NCBI GenBank assembly: GCA_964526285.1
Contig: CAZGIW010000001.1
Coordinates: forward strand, 1-60,863
Source of the DNA: an uncultured Bacteroidales bacterium
Lineage (GTDB): Bacteria > Bacteroidota > Bacteroidia > Bacteroidales > DTU049
Direction of reading: 5' to 3'
Length of the DNA: 60,863 bases
The notes under the pieces were generated by a model. The model saw only the letters and a program-made list of their open reading frames with translations. It was not told the DNA's origin and did not search any database. Shown piece by piece: positions 31,701-41,788 of this stretch. The translations under genes were made by a program, and so were the position numbers. The first letter of the stretch is position 1. Every line of letters starts with the position of its first letter.

Positions 31701-32978
31701 ATGAAACTTAATTTGTTTTTCATTTTTAAATTGTTTGTAATAACTTCTCAACTTATTGCTCAACCGCTCAATCCATGGACACCTCCAGAGTATTTTCCAT
31801 CAAAAGCCGTATTAATTGAGTGGGATTTCAATTCCTCAACATGGAGTCTGTATTCTGAACTCATTGAGCAATCAAGCCTTGCAGTGCCGGTTATTCTGGT
31901 TGTAAATAATCTTACCGAGGAAAATCAGATGAGATCTTTGCTCACAACTGATGGAGTATCCCTTGCAAATATCAGCTTTGTGCATGTTCCGTGCGAGCGC
32001 ATGTGGATACGTGATCATGGTCCGCTTGCAGTGATGACAGATAACGGAGTGGCATATATTGATTTTGATGATCTTGCAAACAGTGGACTGGATGAAGATT
32101 TACCAACAAATCTTGCTTTGGCATGGGGACTTCAAAGCTATCAGTTGCCATACATCTTCTGCGGAGGCAATTTTATGGTTAACAGCCATAACACCCTGTT
32201 TACCACAACCAGAGTTTATACAAACAACTCGTCTTACTCACAATCAGTTATTGACAATGTTTTTGAAACCTATATGGGAATTACTGATATTGTTACTTTT
32301 AAGGCGCAACATAGTGATTACTGGGGACATATTGATATGCAAATCAAGCTTCTGGACGATACAACATTTATTATTTCAAGTGTGACTTTGGGCTCCGGTC
32401 CAAATTATGACAGTCTGGAAGCCAATTACAATAAATTGCTCACTCTTACCGGTCCTCATGGAAAACCATACAGAATTCAGAAAATTCCCATGGCCGACAA
32501 TTGGAAAACCTATGCAAATTCAGTGATTTTAAACAATACAGTGCTGATTCCATTTTTCAATCATGTGCTTGATTCCAATGCATACAATATTTATCAGCAG
32601 TTGCTTCCTTCATATACAATTGTGGGCATCAACAGTAATGCCATTATTGGTTGGGAAGGTTCGTTGCATTGTATCACCATGCAGTTGTTTGATGATAGCA
32701 CAGTGAATATTATTGAATCACTTTCTGTTCGTGATGATGTTTTTAGTTTGTATCCCAATCCGTTGCAAAGTGGTGGTTTGTTGCATGTGCTGCTTTCAAT
32801 GGACAGGGTGGAAACAGCAGTAGTAAATATTTATGATTTGAACGGAAAACTTCTTCAAAGCGAAAATATACTTAACGGTCAGAGTTTTTCAATTGAATGG
32901 ACTCATCCAGCAGGCAAATATCTGGTAGAAGTGGTGACACAGGAAGGAAAATTTGTGAAAAACTTAATCGGCTTATAG
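31701..32978 (+). CDS. Agmatine/peptidylarginine deiminase family protein with T9SS CTD
   Basis: WIRDHGP, GGN, GHID and GSLHCIT catalytic motifs; signal peptide; YPNP...GKYLVEV...KNLI CTD. Confidence 0.9.
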   Translation: MKLNLFFIFKLFVITSQLIAQPLNPWTPPEYFPSKAVLIEWDFNSSTWSLYSELIEQSSLAVPVILVVNNLTEENQMRSLLTTDGVSLANISFVHVPCERMWIRDHGPLAVMTDNGVAYIDFDDLANSGLDEDLPTNLALAWGLQSYQLPYIFCGGNFMVNSHNTLFTTTRVYTNNSSYSQSVIDNVFETYMGITDIVTFKAQHSDYWGHIDMQIKLLDDTTFIISSVTLGSGPNYDSLEANYNKLLTLTGPHGKPYRIQKIPMADNWKTYANSVILNNTVLIPFFNHVLDSNAYNIYQQLLPSYTIVGINSNAIIGWEGSLHCITMQLFDDSTVNIIESLSVRDDVFSLYPNPLQSGGLLHVLLSMDRVETAVVNIYDLNGKLLQSENILNGQSFSIEWTHPAGKYLVEVVTQEGKFVKNLIGL

Positions 32979-32988
32979 TTTTTTTAGT

Positions 32989-33052
32989 GCCTTTAGGTCA
33001 AGGCCAATGGCCTTTAAGTCAAGAAGAAAAAAAATATTTTAACAATTGTTAA
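32989..33052 (+). promoter_or_regulatory. Putative operator: 21-bp-period direct repeat plus palindrome
   Basis: GCCTTTAGGTCAAG (32989) and GCCTTTAAGTCAAG (33010); perfect palindrome TTAACAATTGTTAA at 33039-33052. Confidence 0.5.
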
Positions 33053-33116
33053 CATTTTTAATACTATAAAATTGTTTTTTGTGTTTTTTATAAATAAAAC
33101 ATTAAAAAACAAGGTT

Positions 33117-34499
33117 ATGGAAAGGAAATTATTCTCTAAGGGGGTTTTAGTCATCATTGTGCTGAGTTTGCTGCTGGCCAACTGCAAACAGCAAACTCAT
33201 GTGACTCCATCTTTTTTGAAACCCGCATTTGACGGGCTTGACATTGACTACAACAGATTTGTGGTTGAAGCTGAAAATGGTGGTACAATTAAAATTGATG
33301 GTGGCACAACCATTGTTGTTCCTCCCAATGCATTTTCAGATGCAAACGGAAAGCTAATAACTGGCAGTGTGGAAATTATGTACAGAGAATTTCATGATGC
33401 TGCTGATATTGTCATTTCAGGTGCTCCAATGGCATATGACAGTGCAGGTTTTACATATCATTTTGAAACAGCGGGCATGTTTGAGATTAATGGATTTCAA
33501 AACTCCAATCCTGTGTATGTTGCCGATGACAAACAAATTCAGATAAACTATGCAACCAACACAGATGGCGATTATTTTAATTTCTACACATGGGATGAAG
33601 ACAGACAAAACTGGGTTTTTATGTCTGGCAATAATCAACCCCAAACCAATCCGGAAAGAGATTCATTGAACCAACTTGTTGTAGAAAAACCGGAAAAACC
33701 ATTAATTCCTGAAATATTAACAAAAGGTGCTGCTGTGATTGATCTGGATATTAATTATTCTCTTTATCCTGAATTCAGGGCAATAGAGGGTTTGATGTGG
33801 GTATACTCGGGCAACGATCCTTCAAATGATCCGCAAAACAACAGATGGATTTATGATATGAAATGGCAAAACATTGAATTTTCTTTGGTTAACGAGGATA
33901 AAAACCAGTATCAGATGCATTTGCAAACAATGAGTAACAGTTTTAAAACCATTGTAAGTCCCGTGCTTTCAGAAAGTAACTACGAACGTTCGCGTGAAAA
34001 ATTTAATGACCAAATGGCTATGTATAACCAAAGAAAATCAGAGTATGAAGAGACACAAAGAATAATAAATATGGAAAGAAGCTTCATTCGGTCATTTTCA
34101 ATTAGTGGTTTTGGTTTATTCAACTGGGATTATATTTACAGCTCTCCTACTGCTTTAGCAATGAATGCTGATATTCGTATTGACGGCAAAAAACTTGATT
34201 TTGAACAAACCAGCACTGTTTTTCACATCACAGGACAAGACAGGGTTGTGATGAGATACAATAAGCATAATATTAATTTCTTCACATTGGATCCGTTGGA
34301 TAAAAATGTGATTTTTGTTGTTTTGGCAGATAATAAAATTGCCTTGATTAACGATGAAAACATAAGAAGAATGCAGCTGGATCAGTATCTGGGCTACAGA
34401 GAGCAGGGCAAGAAGGTTGATGTTGTTCTGGATTTGGTTACACAAAATAACCGGATTGAAACCAAAGATGATCTTCAGAAATTCATTTCTTCATTATAG
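33117..34499 (+). CDS. Hypothetical lipoprotein
   Basis: Lipobox LANC; GTTIVVPPNAF..GSVEIMYREF..ETAGMFEI motifs recalled from Bacteroidota surface proteins. Confidence 0.8.
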   Translation: MERKLFSKGVLVIIVLSLLLANCKQQTHVTPSFLKPAFDGLDIDYNRFVVEAENGGTIKIDGGTTIVVPPNAFSDANGKLITGSVEIMYREFHDAADIVISGAPMAYDSAGFTYHFETAGMFEINGFQNSNPVYVADDKQIQINYATNTDGDYFNFYTWDEDRQNWVFMSGNNQPQTNPERDSLNQLVVEKPEKPLIPEILTKGAAVIDLDINYSLYPEFRAIEGLMWVYSGNDPSNDPQNNRWIYDMKWQNIEFSLVNEDKNQYQMHLQTMSNSFKTIVSPVLSESNYERSREKFNDQMAMYNQRKSEYEETQRIINMERSFIRSFSISGFGLFNWDYIYSSPTALAMNADIRIDGKKLDFEQTSTVFHITGQDRVVMRYNKHNINFFTLDPLDKNVIFVVLADNKIALINDENIRRMQLDQYLGYREQGKKVDVVLDLVTQNNRIETKDDLQKFISSL

Positions 34500-34507
34500 G
34501 CAAAATC

Positions 34508-37500
34508 ATGAAAACATTCCGGTGTTTTTTGTTTTTGTTTGCCATTCTGTTTTGTCTCAAATCAGAAGCTCAGATTGTTTGTCCCGACCTTTTGCCAGTA
34601 ATAACAGGAGGAAAGTGGGGTTTTATTGATCAGGAGGGAAACATTAAGATTGAGCCATTATATGATCAGGTGTCGAAGGTATACTTTAAAAAATATATTA
34701 TTGTTCACAAAAACCTGAAGGAGGGTATAATTGACATCAACGGAAATCTCATTGCCGGATTTTTGTATGAAAATATTATTATTCCTGACACATTGAACTA
34801 TTTTGCAATGGTTGAACGAACACATGAAGAGATTATTCATGATTTTGATGAAGATTTTGATGAAGAAAGTGGTTTTGCAGAAGACGGAATTGAGGAACCC
34901 TATGAAATAGCTGATGGATTTACAGGTAAAATGTATGGAATATTTCCCTTTTCGGGCGAGAGGTTGATTTTTAAAACCTATCCGTCTATTGCAAAACTCA
35001 ATGACAGCCTGTACATCACCAAAGACTGTGGGTATTGTGGTTTAATAAGCAGTAAAGAAGAAATCCTGCCCCCTATTTTTCAGTACTTTCATTTGTATGA
35101 CACACTGATTTTCACTCGTCGTGAATACAAAAACGGATGCTATTCACACAGGGGAAAACAAATTCTTGATGAGCAATATACCGATATAGAAAGAATGGAT
35201 AAATTTTTGGTTACCCGAAAAACCAACAAAAAAGCATTATTTTGTTTGAAAAAGCAAGAATTTCTTACAGACCATCTATTTGACGGGTTTCGTTTACCGG
35301 TTAATGTTAACTCACATATTTTCACTGTTTTGTCAAATAATATTGGTCTAATAACAATTGATGGAATAGAAATTCTTAGGGCTGAGTATTCTTCAATTAT
35401 TCCATGTCAGGGAGAAAGTGGTGATGCACGTTTTTTTATTGTGAAAAAAAACAATTTGTGTGGTATTGTCAATGATGCAGGCAAATATATTGTTGAGCCT
35501 GAATATGATGACATTGTTTTTTATGACAATAACCTGTTTTCTCTGAAAAAGGGCTTCAAATATGGGGTTGTCAATACAGCAGGAAATTTTCTTTATAAGG
35601 TGGATGCCGCAAGAATTCAGTTTCACTTTGGCTATATAAAGGTTTATACCGGAAACCAACTCATAATTATTGAGGTTGATAATTTTGGAAATGAAAAGGA
35701 GAGGTTTCAGTATGAAACAGTGGGAACAATTACAGTTGACAGGCGTTTTCAGTCAGACGAAGAATTAATGGAAGTGAATGCCTCTGCCAGTTTGGGCGAT
35801 GATGTTAATGCATCTTATGGATGGTATTTTTGTAATCAGAAAAAACGTTGGGGCATGAAAGATGAAAACGATAGCATTCTTATGGCTCCTATATTTAAAG
35901 ACATTATTGATGTTCCATCAAGTTCATACACAGTTGGAATTGTTGAGGTTTTAAGAAGCAGCAAGCGTAATCCTGAGATTAGAGAAACAGTGCGAATGAT
36001 TGGTCTTGCTGATAAATTTAATTCCCGACTGCTAATTTTGCCAAAATATGATATTATTGATATACGAAGCATGAGGCTGGGCCTGGGTTGCAACTATTTC
36101 ATAGGCATTCGGGGTGTTCGTTATGAGCTGATTCGCCAGGGAAAGCCTGATGTTCATTATAATTACATCGGAGAGTGTTATGATGGCTATGCGGTTATGA
36201 ACATAAAGGGAAAAAAAACAACTGCCCTCAGGAATCATTATAGTATTACAACAGTATCAGAAAATAATTTCAGAAACAGAGAAGCCACAAATTCCAGCCA
36301 ATTCAGGCCACAGGAAAGCAGAAGAGAACATGAACAATGTTTGGAGTTTGTTGGTGGCAAATGGGGAATTCTCAATAGTGACGGAGATGTTTCTGTTTTA
36401 CCTGTTTATATGTTTTTAACCAATCCTTCACGGGGAAGAGTTATTGCCAGAGGAAAAGATAAATGGGGGGTGATTTCCGTTGAGGGTGATACTATTGTTC
36501 CGTTTAATTTTGACCACATACAATTTTTGAAAAATTCGGAAGACAGTATGTATCTTCTTAAAACAAGCAATCGCAAACACGGGTTGATGGACAATGCGGG
36601 AAATTTTATTACACCCTGCATTTTTGATGCGGTATATAAATTTAATGATGGAATGGCAAGGGTTAAAACTGAGGATGGCTATGGTTATGTAGACAGAAAG
36701 GGAGATATTGTAATAGAAACAAAATACAAAAGGGCTTCAGATTTTTCTGAAGGATTGGCGGCAGTGAGGGAAAAAACATTGTGGGGGTATATTGATACTG
36801 AAGGAAACCAGATAATTCCGATGAAGTACAGAATGTGCGGCGACTTTCACAATGGAATGGCCTGGGTATATTTGAACGGGAAGTTTGGCTACATCAACTC
36901 AGAGGGTGAAATGGTTGTGCCGGCAGTTTACAGCAAAACAAATGACTTTAGAAACAACATGGCAATTGTGACAAAAGGGGATAAAAAAGCCATTATTGAC
37001 AAGAACAACAATTATATAATTAAACCCGTAAAGGGCAGGTTAAACATTTATGATAAGGAAAAAGTAATTGTATTCAGCAAAAGAAAAAAATTTGTTTTCT
37101 ATGATTTTAACGGGAAAAAAACAGGAAAACTAAAAGCAAACAATCTTGGAGACTTTTCAGAAGGGTTGGCCAGTTTCAGTAAAAACCGAAAATATGGTTT
37201 TGTCAACATATATGGAAAAATGGTTGTTGAACCCAAATTTCAGAGAGTGGAAAATTTTCACAATGAAAGAGCGGCTGTATATAATCAGGGAAAATGGGGT
37301 TTTATTGATAAAACCGGAGAAATTGTAGTTCCCGTTAAATACAATCAGGTTTTTCCTTTCACAGATACAGTAACAGCGGTCAGATTAGCCAAAGATGTAA
37401 TAATAATTGACAAAATCGGAAATATTCAGTGTACATATTCCGATTATACAACAAAGGGATTTAATGATGGCTATTTATTATTGAAAAGTTCATTTTACAA

Positions 37501-37906
37501 TTTATCTTTTTACATCAATACAAGTTGTGAGAAAATCCAAAATGACCGGTTTAGCGGAATAAGGCCGGTTTCATTAAATTTATTTATGGGATGGAATGAA
37601 ATTGAAAAAAGGTGGCAACTGCTTGATTCGAAAGGCAACTCGCTGGGTTATTTTTATCCTGAAGTGAAACACACTGAAAAAGGAATGACCTACAAGTATC
37701 GCCAGCCGGTTGAAGTTGGAGAGGGGATGTTTACATATTGTACTTATGAGTATTTCAGGGTAGCTGATTATTCGGGAAGACTAATCTTTGATGAATCTTT
37801 TGAAAGTGTTGAATATCTTGGATCAGGAATTTACAAAACAGAAGTTCTGAACAAAACCGGATATTTGCACAAGGACAAAGGGTGGATATGGGAGCCTCAA
37901 AAATAG
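34508..37906 (+). CDS. WG (KWG) repeat-containing secreted protein
   Basis: Many GKWGFID/FSEGLA/FHNGMA repeats; signal peptide; 8 nt after the upstream lipoprotein. Confidence 0.92.
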   Translation: MKTFRCFLFLFAILFCLKSEAQIVCPDLLPVITGGKWGFIDQEGNIKIEPLYDQVSKVYFKKYIIVHKNLKEGIIDINGNLIAGFLYENIIIPDTLNYFAMVERTHEEIIHDFDEDFDEESGFAEDGIEEPYEIADGFTGKMYGIFPFSGERLIFKTYPSIAKLNDSLYITKDCGYCGLISSKEEILPPIFQYFHLYDTLIFTRREYKNGCYSHRGKQILDEQYTDIERMDKFLVTRKTNKKALFCLKKQEFLTDHLFDGFRLPVNVNSHIFTVLSNNIGLITIDGIEILRAEYSSIIPCQGESGDARFFIVKKNNLCGIVNDAGKYIVEPEYDDIVFYDNNLFSLKKGFKYGVVNTAGNFLYKVDAARIQFHFGYIKVYTGNQLIIIEVDNFGNEKERFQYETVGTITVDRRFQSDEELMEVNASASLGDDVNASYGWYFCNQKKRWGMKDENDSILMAPIFKDIIDVPSSSYTVGIVEVLRSSKRNPEIRETVRMIGLADKFNSRLLILPKYDIIDIRSMRLGLGCNYFIGIRGVRYELIRQGKPDVHYNYIGECYDGYAVMNIKGKKTTALRNHYSITTVSENNFRNREATNSSQFRPQESRREHEQCLEFVGGKWGILNSDGDVSVLPVYMFLTNPSRGRVIARGKDKWGVISVEGDTIVPFNFDHIQFLKNSEDSMYLLKTSNRKHGLMDNAGNFITPCIFDAVYKFNDGMARVKTEDGYGYVDRKGDIVIETKYKRASDFSEGLAAVREKTLWGYIDTEGNQIIPMKYRMCGDFHNGMAWVYLNGKFGYINSEGEMVVPAVYSKTNDFRNNMAIVTKGDKKAIIDKNNNYIIKPVKGRLNIYDKEKVIVFSKRKKFVFYDFNGKKTGKLKANNLGDFSEGLASFSKNRKYGFVNIYGKMVVEPKFQRVENFHNERAAVYNQGKWGFIDKTGEIVVPVKYNQVFPFTDTVTAVRLAKDVIIIDKIGNIQCTYSDYTTKGFNDGYLLLKSSFYNLSFYINTSCEKIQNDRFSGIRPVSLNLFMGWNEIEKRWQLLDSKGNSLGYFYPEVKHTEKGMTYKYRQPVEVGEGMFTYCTYEYFRVADYSGRLIFDESFESVEYLGSGIYKTEVLNKTGYLHKDKGWIWEPQK

Positions 37907-37921
37907 ATAACAATTTACCTG

Positions 37922-38368
37922 TTATTTAACCACAATATCTTTCAACCTGCGAAAATCAATGTCATACAGGCCATCACCTTCCCACATTTCTCCTTTCATC
38001 ACTATGTAGGTTTTTGTATCAGTTTTCTGAACATAAAATAAATGCCCTTCCCCTGCCCAGTAAAACATACACATTCCCAAAAGATTCTCGGGAATTTTTC
38101 CGTCCTTAAACATGTCTTTACTTACTTCCGGCTCACTGAAATTTCCATACACTGATGATGTTACAAGGTATTCTTCTCCTTTTAGCAAAACATACAGGTC
38201 ATATTCAGGCGCACCGTATTCGTGTTCGCCCAAATAATTGGACTGCCAGATGTTTTCATATTCACCTTCGGTTACAGTCACGGTGTTTTCTTTGCTTTCG
38301 GGGCTTTTTTGATTACAACCACAAACCAATATCATGGCAATGATAAACAAAACAATGATTTGTTTCAT
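37922..38368 (-). CDS. Hypothetical lipoprotein
   Basis: Hydrophobic N-terminus ending VCGC. Confidence 0.75.
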   Translation of the reverse strand: MKQIIVLFIIAMILVCGCNQKSPESKENTVTVTEGEYENIWQSNYLGEHEYGAPEYDLYVLLKGEEYLVTSSVYGNFSEPEVSKDMFKDGKIPENLLGMCMFYWAGEGHLFYVQKTDTKTYIVMKGEMWEGDGLYDIDFRRLKDIVVK

Positions 38369-38404
38369 ACGATTTCTTTTTTTTTTTTTAATTACTGGAT
38401 ATTA

Positions 38405-38599
38405 CTATTCTGCTTTTTTCACTGGCTTTTTACTTAAGCCGACAAAAAACAAAATGAAGAATAAAATTCCCGGAAAAATTGGCAAATAGAAAAAATACAA
38501 CAATTCATCAATATGTGATGAAGTGCTGCCAAGAATGAACATGACTCCTGACGAGACGAAAGATATGATGCCCAGTGTAAGAAAAACCCATTTTTTCAT
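38405..38599 (-). CDS. Small two-TM membrane protein
   Basis: Two hydrophobic helices and a Lys-rich tail; TACTTTTG box upstream. Confidence 0.65.
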   Translation of the reverse strand: MKKWVFLTLGIISFVSSGVMFILGSTSSHIDELLYFFYLPIFPGILFFILFFVGLSKKPVKKAE

Positions 38600-38754
38600 A
38601 ATTTTCAGATTTTTTTGATTCTTTACAAAAGTAAGAAATATTCATAATAAAATGATAACTGTTCAAAATATAATAATATCCGAAATTTTTTTATTAATTT
38701 TGTTATGGAATGTCAATAAATCCTTTCTCTTAAACACCTTCAAACAAAATAACC

Positions 38755-39231
38755 ATGAAAACCATATTTGCCTTCTTAACTCTCTTTTTTCTTTGCCTTT
38801 GCTCATTTTCACAAAAAACCAATCTTTCAGTTCAAGAAAAGGATGTGCAAATTTCTTCTGCAGTTGAGTTCTTTATGTATGAAGGACCTTACGGGCAACA
38901 TGAAAAAATTAATGAACCCGCAATAAAATTCACTCTGAATGTGAAAAATATAGGAAAATCAGAGATTCCTGATTTGTGTGTTTCAAATCGTTCACAATAT
39001 GTAAATTTTTATATTGATGATAAAAAAAACAATCCACTAAGCATGTACAACGGAATAGAAACAATTGGAGACCATATGTTGGGTTATGGTGAAACTGACA
39101 CTTATACATGGTGGATTTTCGTTGAGGATGCCTATGCAAAAGAATTCACTGTGCAGTGGGAATACTGCAATATTTTTTCAAATAAACACCGGGTGAACAT
39201 TGATTCAAAAAAAGTTCAGGTTGTAAAATAG
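38755..39231 (+). CDS. Hypothetical secreted protein, possibly Ig-like
   Basis: Signal peptide ending SFSQ; FTLNVKNIG strand pattern. Confidence 0.7.
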   Translation: MKTIFAFLTLFFLCLCSFSQKTNLSVQEKDVQISSAVEFFMYEGPYGQHEKINEPAIKFTLNVKNIGKSEIPDLCVSNRSQYVNFYIDDKKNNPLSMYNGIETIGDHMLGYGETDTYTWWIFVEDAYAKEFTVQWEYCNIFSNKHRVNIDSKKVQVVK

Positions 39232-39241
39232 AAAAGTCTTT

Positions 39242-39667
39242 TTATAGCCCGATGATACAAACCAGCACCCACATTTGAGGAGGCATTTCCAAATAAAATA
39301 TTTTATCTCCGTAACAGTCTTTTCTTCTTATTGTGTTTCCATCAATAAAATAAAGTTTCTCGCCATAACTGTCTTTTGCGCGTATGGTGTTTTCATCAAA
39401 AAAGAAGATTTTCTCTCCGTATGTATCACGAAAACGAACAGTTTGTCCGTCAAGAAAAAACAATTTCTCTCCATACTGGTCTTTGCGTCGTATTGTGTTT
39501 CCATCTAAAAAATATAATTTATCACCATAACAGTCTTTTGCCCGGATTGTATTGTCTTCAACAAAATAGAGTTTATCTCCGTAGCAGTCTTTGTATCTGA
39601 TATGCTGTGCCCATGCGGAAAATGCAGAAACCACAATTACAATGGTTAGTAATAATAATTTTCTCAT
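39242..39667 (-). CDS. Secreted protein built from six 18-aa repeats
   Basis: Signal peptide (AWAQ) then six IRxKDxYG(D/E)K(L/I)(Y/F)F-type units. Confidence 0.8.
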   Translation of the reverse strand: MRKLLLLTIVIVVSAFSAWAQHIRYKDCYGDKLYFVEDNTIRAKDCYGDKLYFLDGNTIRRKDQYGEKLFFLDGQTVRFRDTYGEKIFFFDENTIRAKDSYGEKLYFIDGNTIRRKDCYGDKIFYLEMPPQMWVLVCIIGL

Positions 39668-39790
39668 CTGTTTTTTGTGAAAAAAAGAAACAAGAAACAT
39701 GCCTGTATTTTTACTTCGTATTTGGAAATAGTACAGGATAATAATTGTCAATTAGGAAATGAAGGGAAAATTTCTGGAGCTTCCAGATGA

Positions 39791-41167
39791 TCATTTTTGT
39801 ATCAGCAACTTCAGCATTGCTGTAGAATTTTCACCTGTTGCTTTCAGCAAATACATTCCGCTTGCCAGATCAAGAAACATCTGATGATGACCTTTTTCCA
39901 GAAAAACACTATAGTTCATGCTTCCAACAGTATTGTAGATTTCAATCAGCGCAGATTCTTCCAGGATTAGTGAAAAATCACCAGTACCGGGATTTGGGAA
40001 TAAGCTGATCTGCATAAGTGACTGAAATTCATTGATGTTAACGACTTCAATTGTGTGACAGGACGAAGTATCAGTGCATCCTGAAGATGTTACAATAACT
40101 GCATAAGAACCATTAACAGTTGCTGTATAGGTGTCTGTATCTGCACCGGGAATAATGGAGTTTGTGCCGCAATTATACCATTGGTATGTGCCTGTTCCGT
40201 TGGCGGTGAGTGTTATCAGATTCACTGTAACAGATGTATCAACAACAATTATTGCAAGATCATTCTGATTGTCGTATCCCACAAGCACAGGGTCAGATGA
40301 AACCACCCTGATTCGGTGTGCTGAACCGTATGATGCTCCTGCAGGAATAAAACAACTGATGGTGTCGGAAACAGTTGCTACCAATGAGCCTATAACAGTG
40401 GGGCTGGCAAAACTTCCGGCGGCATCACTGAGTTGAGCTGTAAATATATTGCCTGTATTAAAAGTTCCGTTTGCAAAATAGCCAACTTTAAGACTGTCAC
40501 CGGCACAGAGAGATCCACTGATATTTTCAGTCAATATCTTGTCCCCAAAATCCTGAAGTATGTTTTCGTATAGATCAGGCCATGCCATTACATCTGCAAG
40601 AAATCCAAAAACAATCATATTTCCCGACATACTTTTGACAATTGCAGATTCACTGTTAGATGTAAATATGCCAACAGAGGTGCTCCCCGCCAGAGGAGTC
40701 AATCCGAATGAGAATACACTCCATCCTGTTCCGGGATTTGTAATTGTAAAAGGATTAGCCGTTAACCCTATCGACAACAATGGGTCAGTTATAAAAATCT
40801 CTGTTTGGTTAATAGAAACTGCATAATTTACACCAACTAATGCCCCAAGAGAATTGTTTTCTGTCCAATCGGTGTACATCCCTTTTTTTCCAAGGTTAAC
40901 AAAATCAACCAAAGCCTGAACTGAGGTTAAATCTGGACTATTGTCCTGAGCAAAATAAATTGCAAGATCATAGTTTGAAGGTGTGGCAATTTCTGTTAGA
41001 AAAACAGAATTATCGTCAGTGAAATATACCACACATCCCTGATTTGCCAATGCTATGGCCATTTGATCGGTGCCAAGATTATAATCATTGAAATACAAAA
41101 CTCTCAATTGGGGAAAAGATGTTATTGTAAACAAACAGAATATCGATGATACTATAAGATTTTTCAT
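39791..41167 (-). CDS. T9SS type-A CTD protein with Ig-like stalk
   Basis: Signal peptide; FTAQLSDAAGSF and TYQWY modules; FPNP..GMYLL..KLLIQK CTD. Confidence 0.85.
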   Translation of the reverse strand: MKNLIVSSIFCLFTITSFPQLRVLYFNDYNLGTDQMAIALANQGCVVYFTDDNSVFLTEIATPSNYDLAIYFAQDNSPDLTSVQALVDFVNLGKKGMYTDWTENNSLGALVGVNYAVSINQTEIFITDPLLSIGLTANPFTITNPGTGWSVFSFGLTPLAGSTSVGIFTSNSESAIVKSMSGNMIVFGFLADVMAWPDLYENILQDFGDKILTENISGSLCAGDSLKVGYFANGTFNTGNIFTAQLSDAAGSFASPTVIGSLVATVSDTISCFIPAGASYGSAHRIRVVSSDPVLVGYDNQNDLAIIVVDTSVTVNLITLTANGTGTYQWYNCGTNSIIPGADTDTYTATVNGSYAVIVTSSGCTDTSSCHTIEVVNINEFQSLMQISLFPNPGTGDFSLILEESALIEIYNTVGSMNYSVFLEKGHHQMFLDLASGMYLLKATGENSTAMLKLLIQK

Positions 41168-41204
41168 AATTTCTTTATTTTTTAATCTGTTATCAATTAT
41201 TTAT

Positions 41205-41582
41205 TTAAAGTACTATTATTTCAATCACCGGATGAATATCCTCAGCGGATTTTCCGTCAGGGATGAATTCTATTAGTGAGTGTTCAGGCAAGCGATTCAC
41301 ACAGGCTCCGGTAATAGTTTGGCCTGCATTGATTCTGACAGATTTTTTGTCCTGGCCCTCCCAAAGAGACCAAATCAGGTTAATGTCGTTTTCTCCTGTG
41401 TTTTCAATTTTAAGGAAAATCACATCTCTTTTCAGGCAATTTCCCAGTTCATAATACATGGATACTCCTTCTTTAACAATAAGGGTTTCCCAGTTTTCAG
41501 TCTTTTGTGCAAGTGTCTTTCCTGCAGAGCAAAAGACAGTCAGAATTAACAATGCGGGTAATAATAAATTTCTTGTCCTCAT
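41205..41582 (-). CDS. Hypothetical secreted protein
   Basis: Signal peptide ending TLAQ; co-oriented 37 nt upstream of the T9SS gene. Confidence 0.7.
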   Translation of the reverse strand: MRTRNLLLPALLILTVFCSAGKTLAQKTENWETLIVKEGVSMYYELGNCLKRDVIFLKIENTGENDINLIWSLWEGQDKKSVRINAGQTITGACVNRLPEHSLIEFIPDGKSAEDIHPVIEIIVL

Positions 41583-41788
41583 AAATTTTATCTTTTTAAG
41601 TTATTTAGTAAAAAACAAATAATAGCAGACCTTTTTCATTGTTGAATAGTGGCAAAAATTCAGTACAAAAATATATAAAACTTAAATACAAACATATTTA
41701 TTAAGAATTGCTTTTTTTCATAGAAATATCCGTAAAAATACTGATGATTTCTTAAAAATAGTCTGTTTCCTTTGTAAGAAAAATTAAG

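Noticed and set aside
30402-31763. Extended N-termini making genes overlap (also 8281-9348, 44413, 14183-16213)
   Set aside because: Longest-ORF artefacts; TAnnTTTG boxes and signal peptides point to downstream starts
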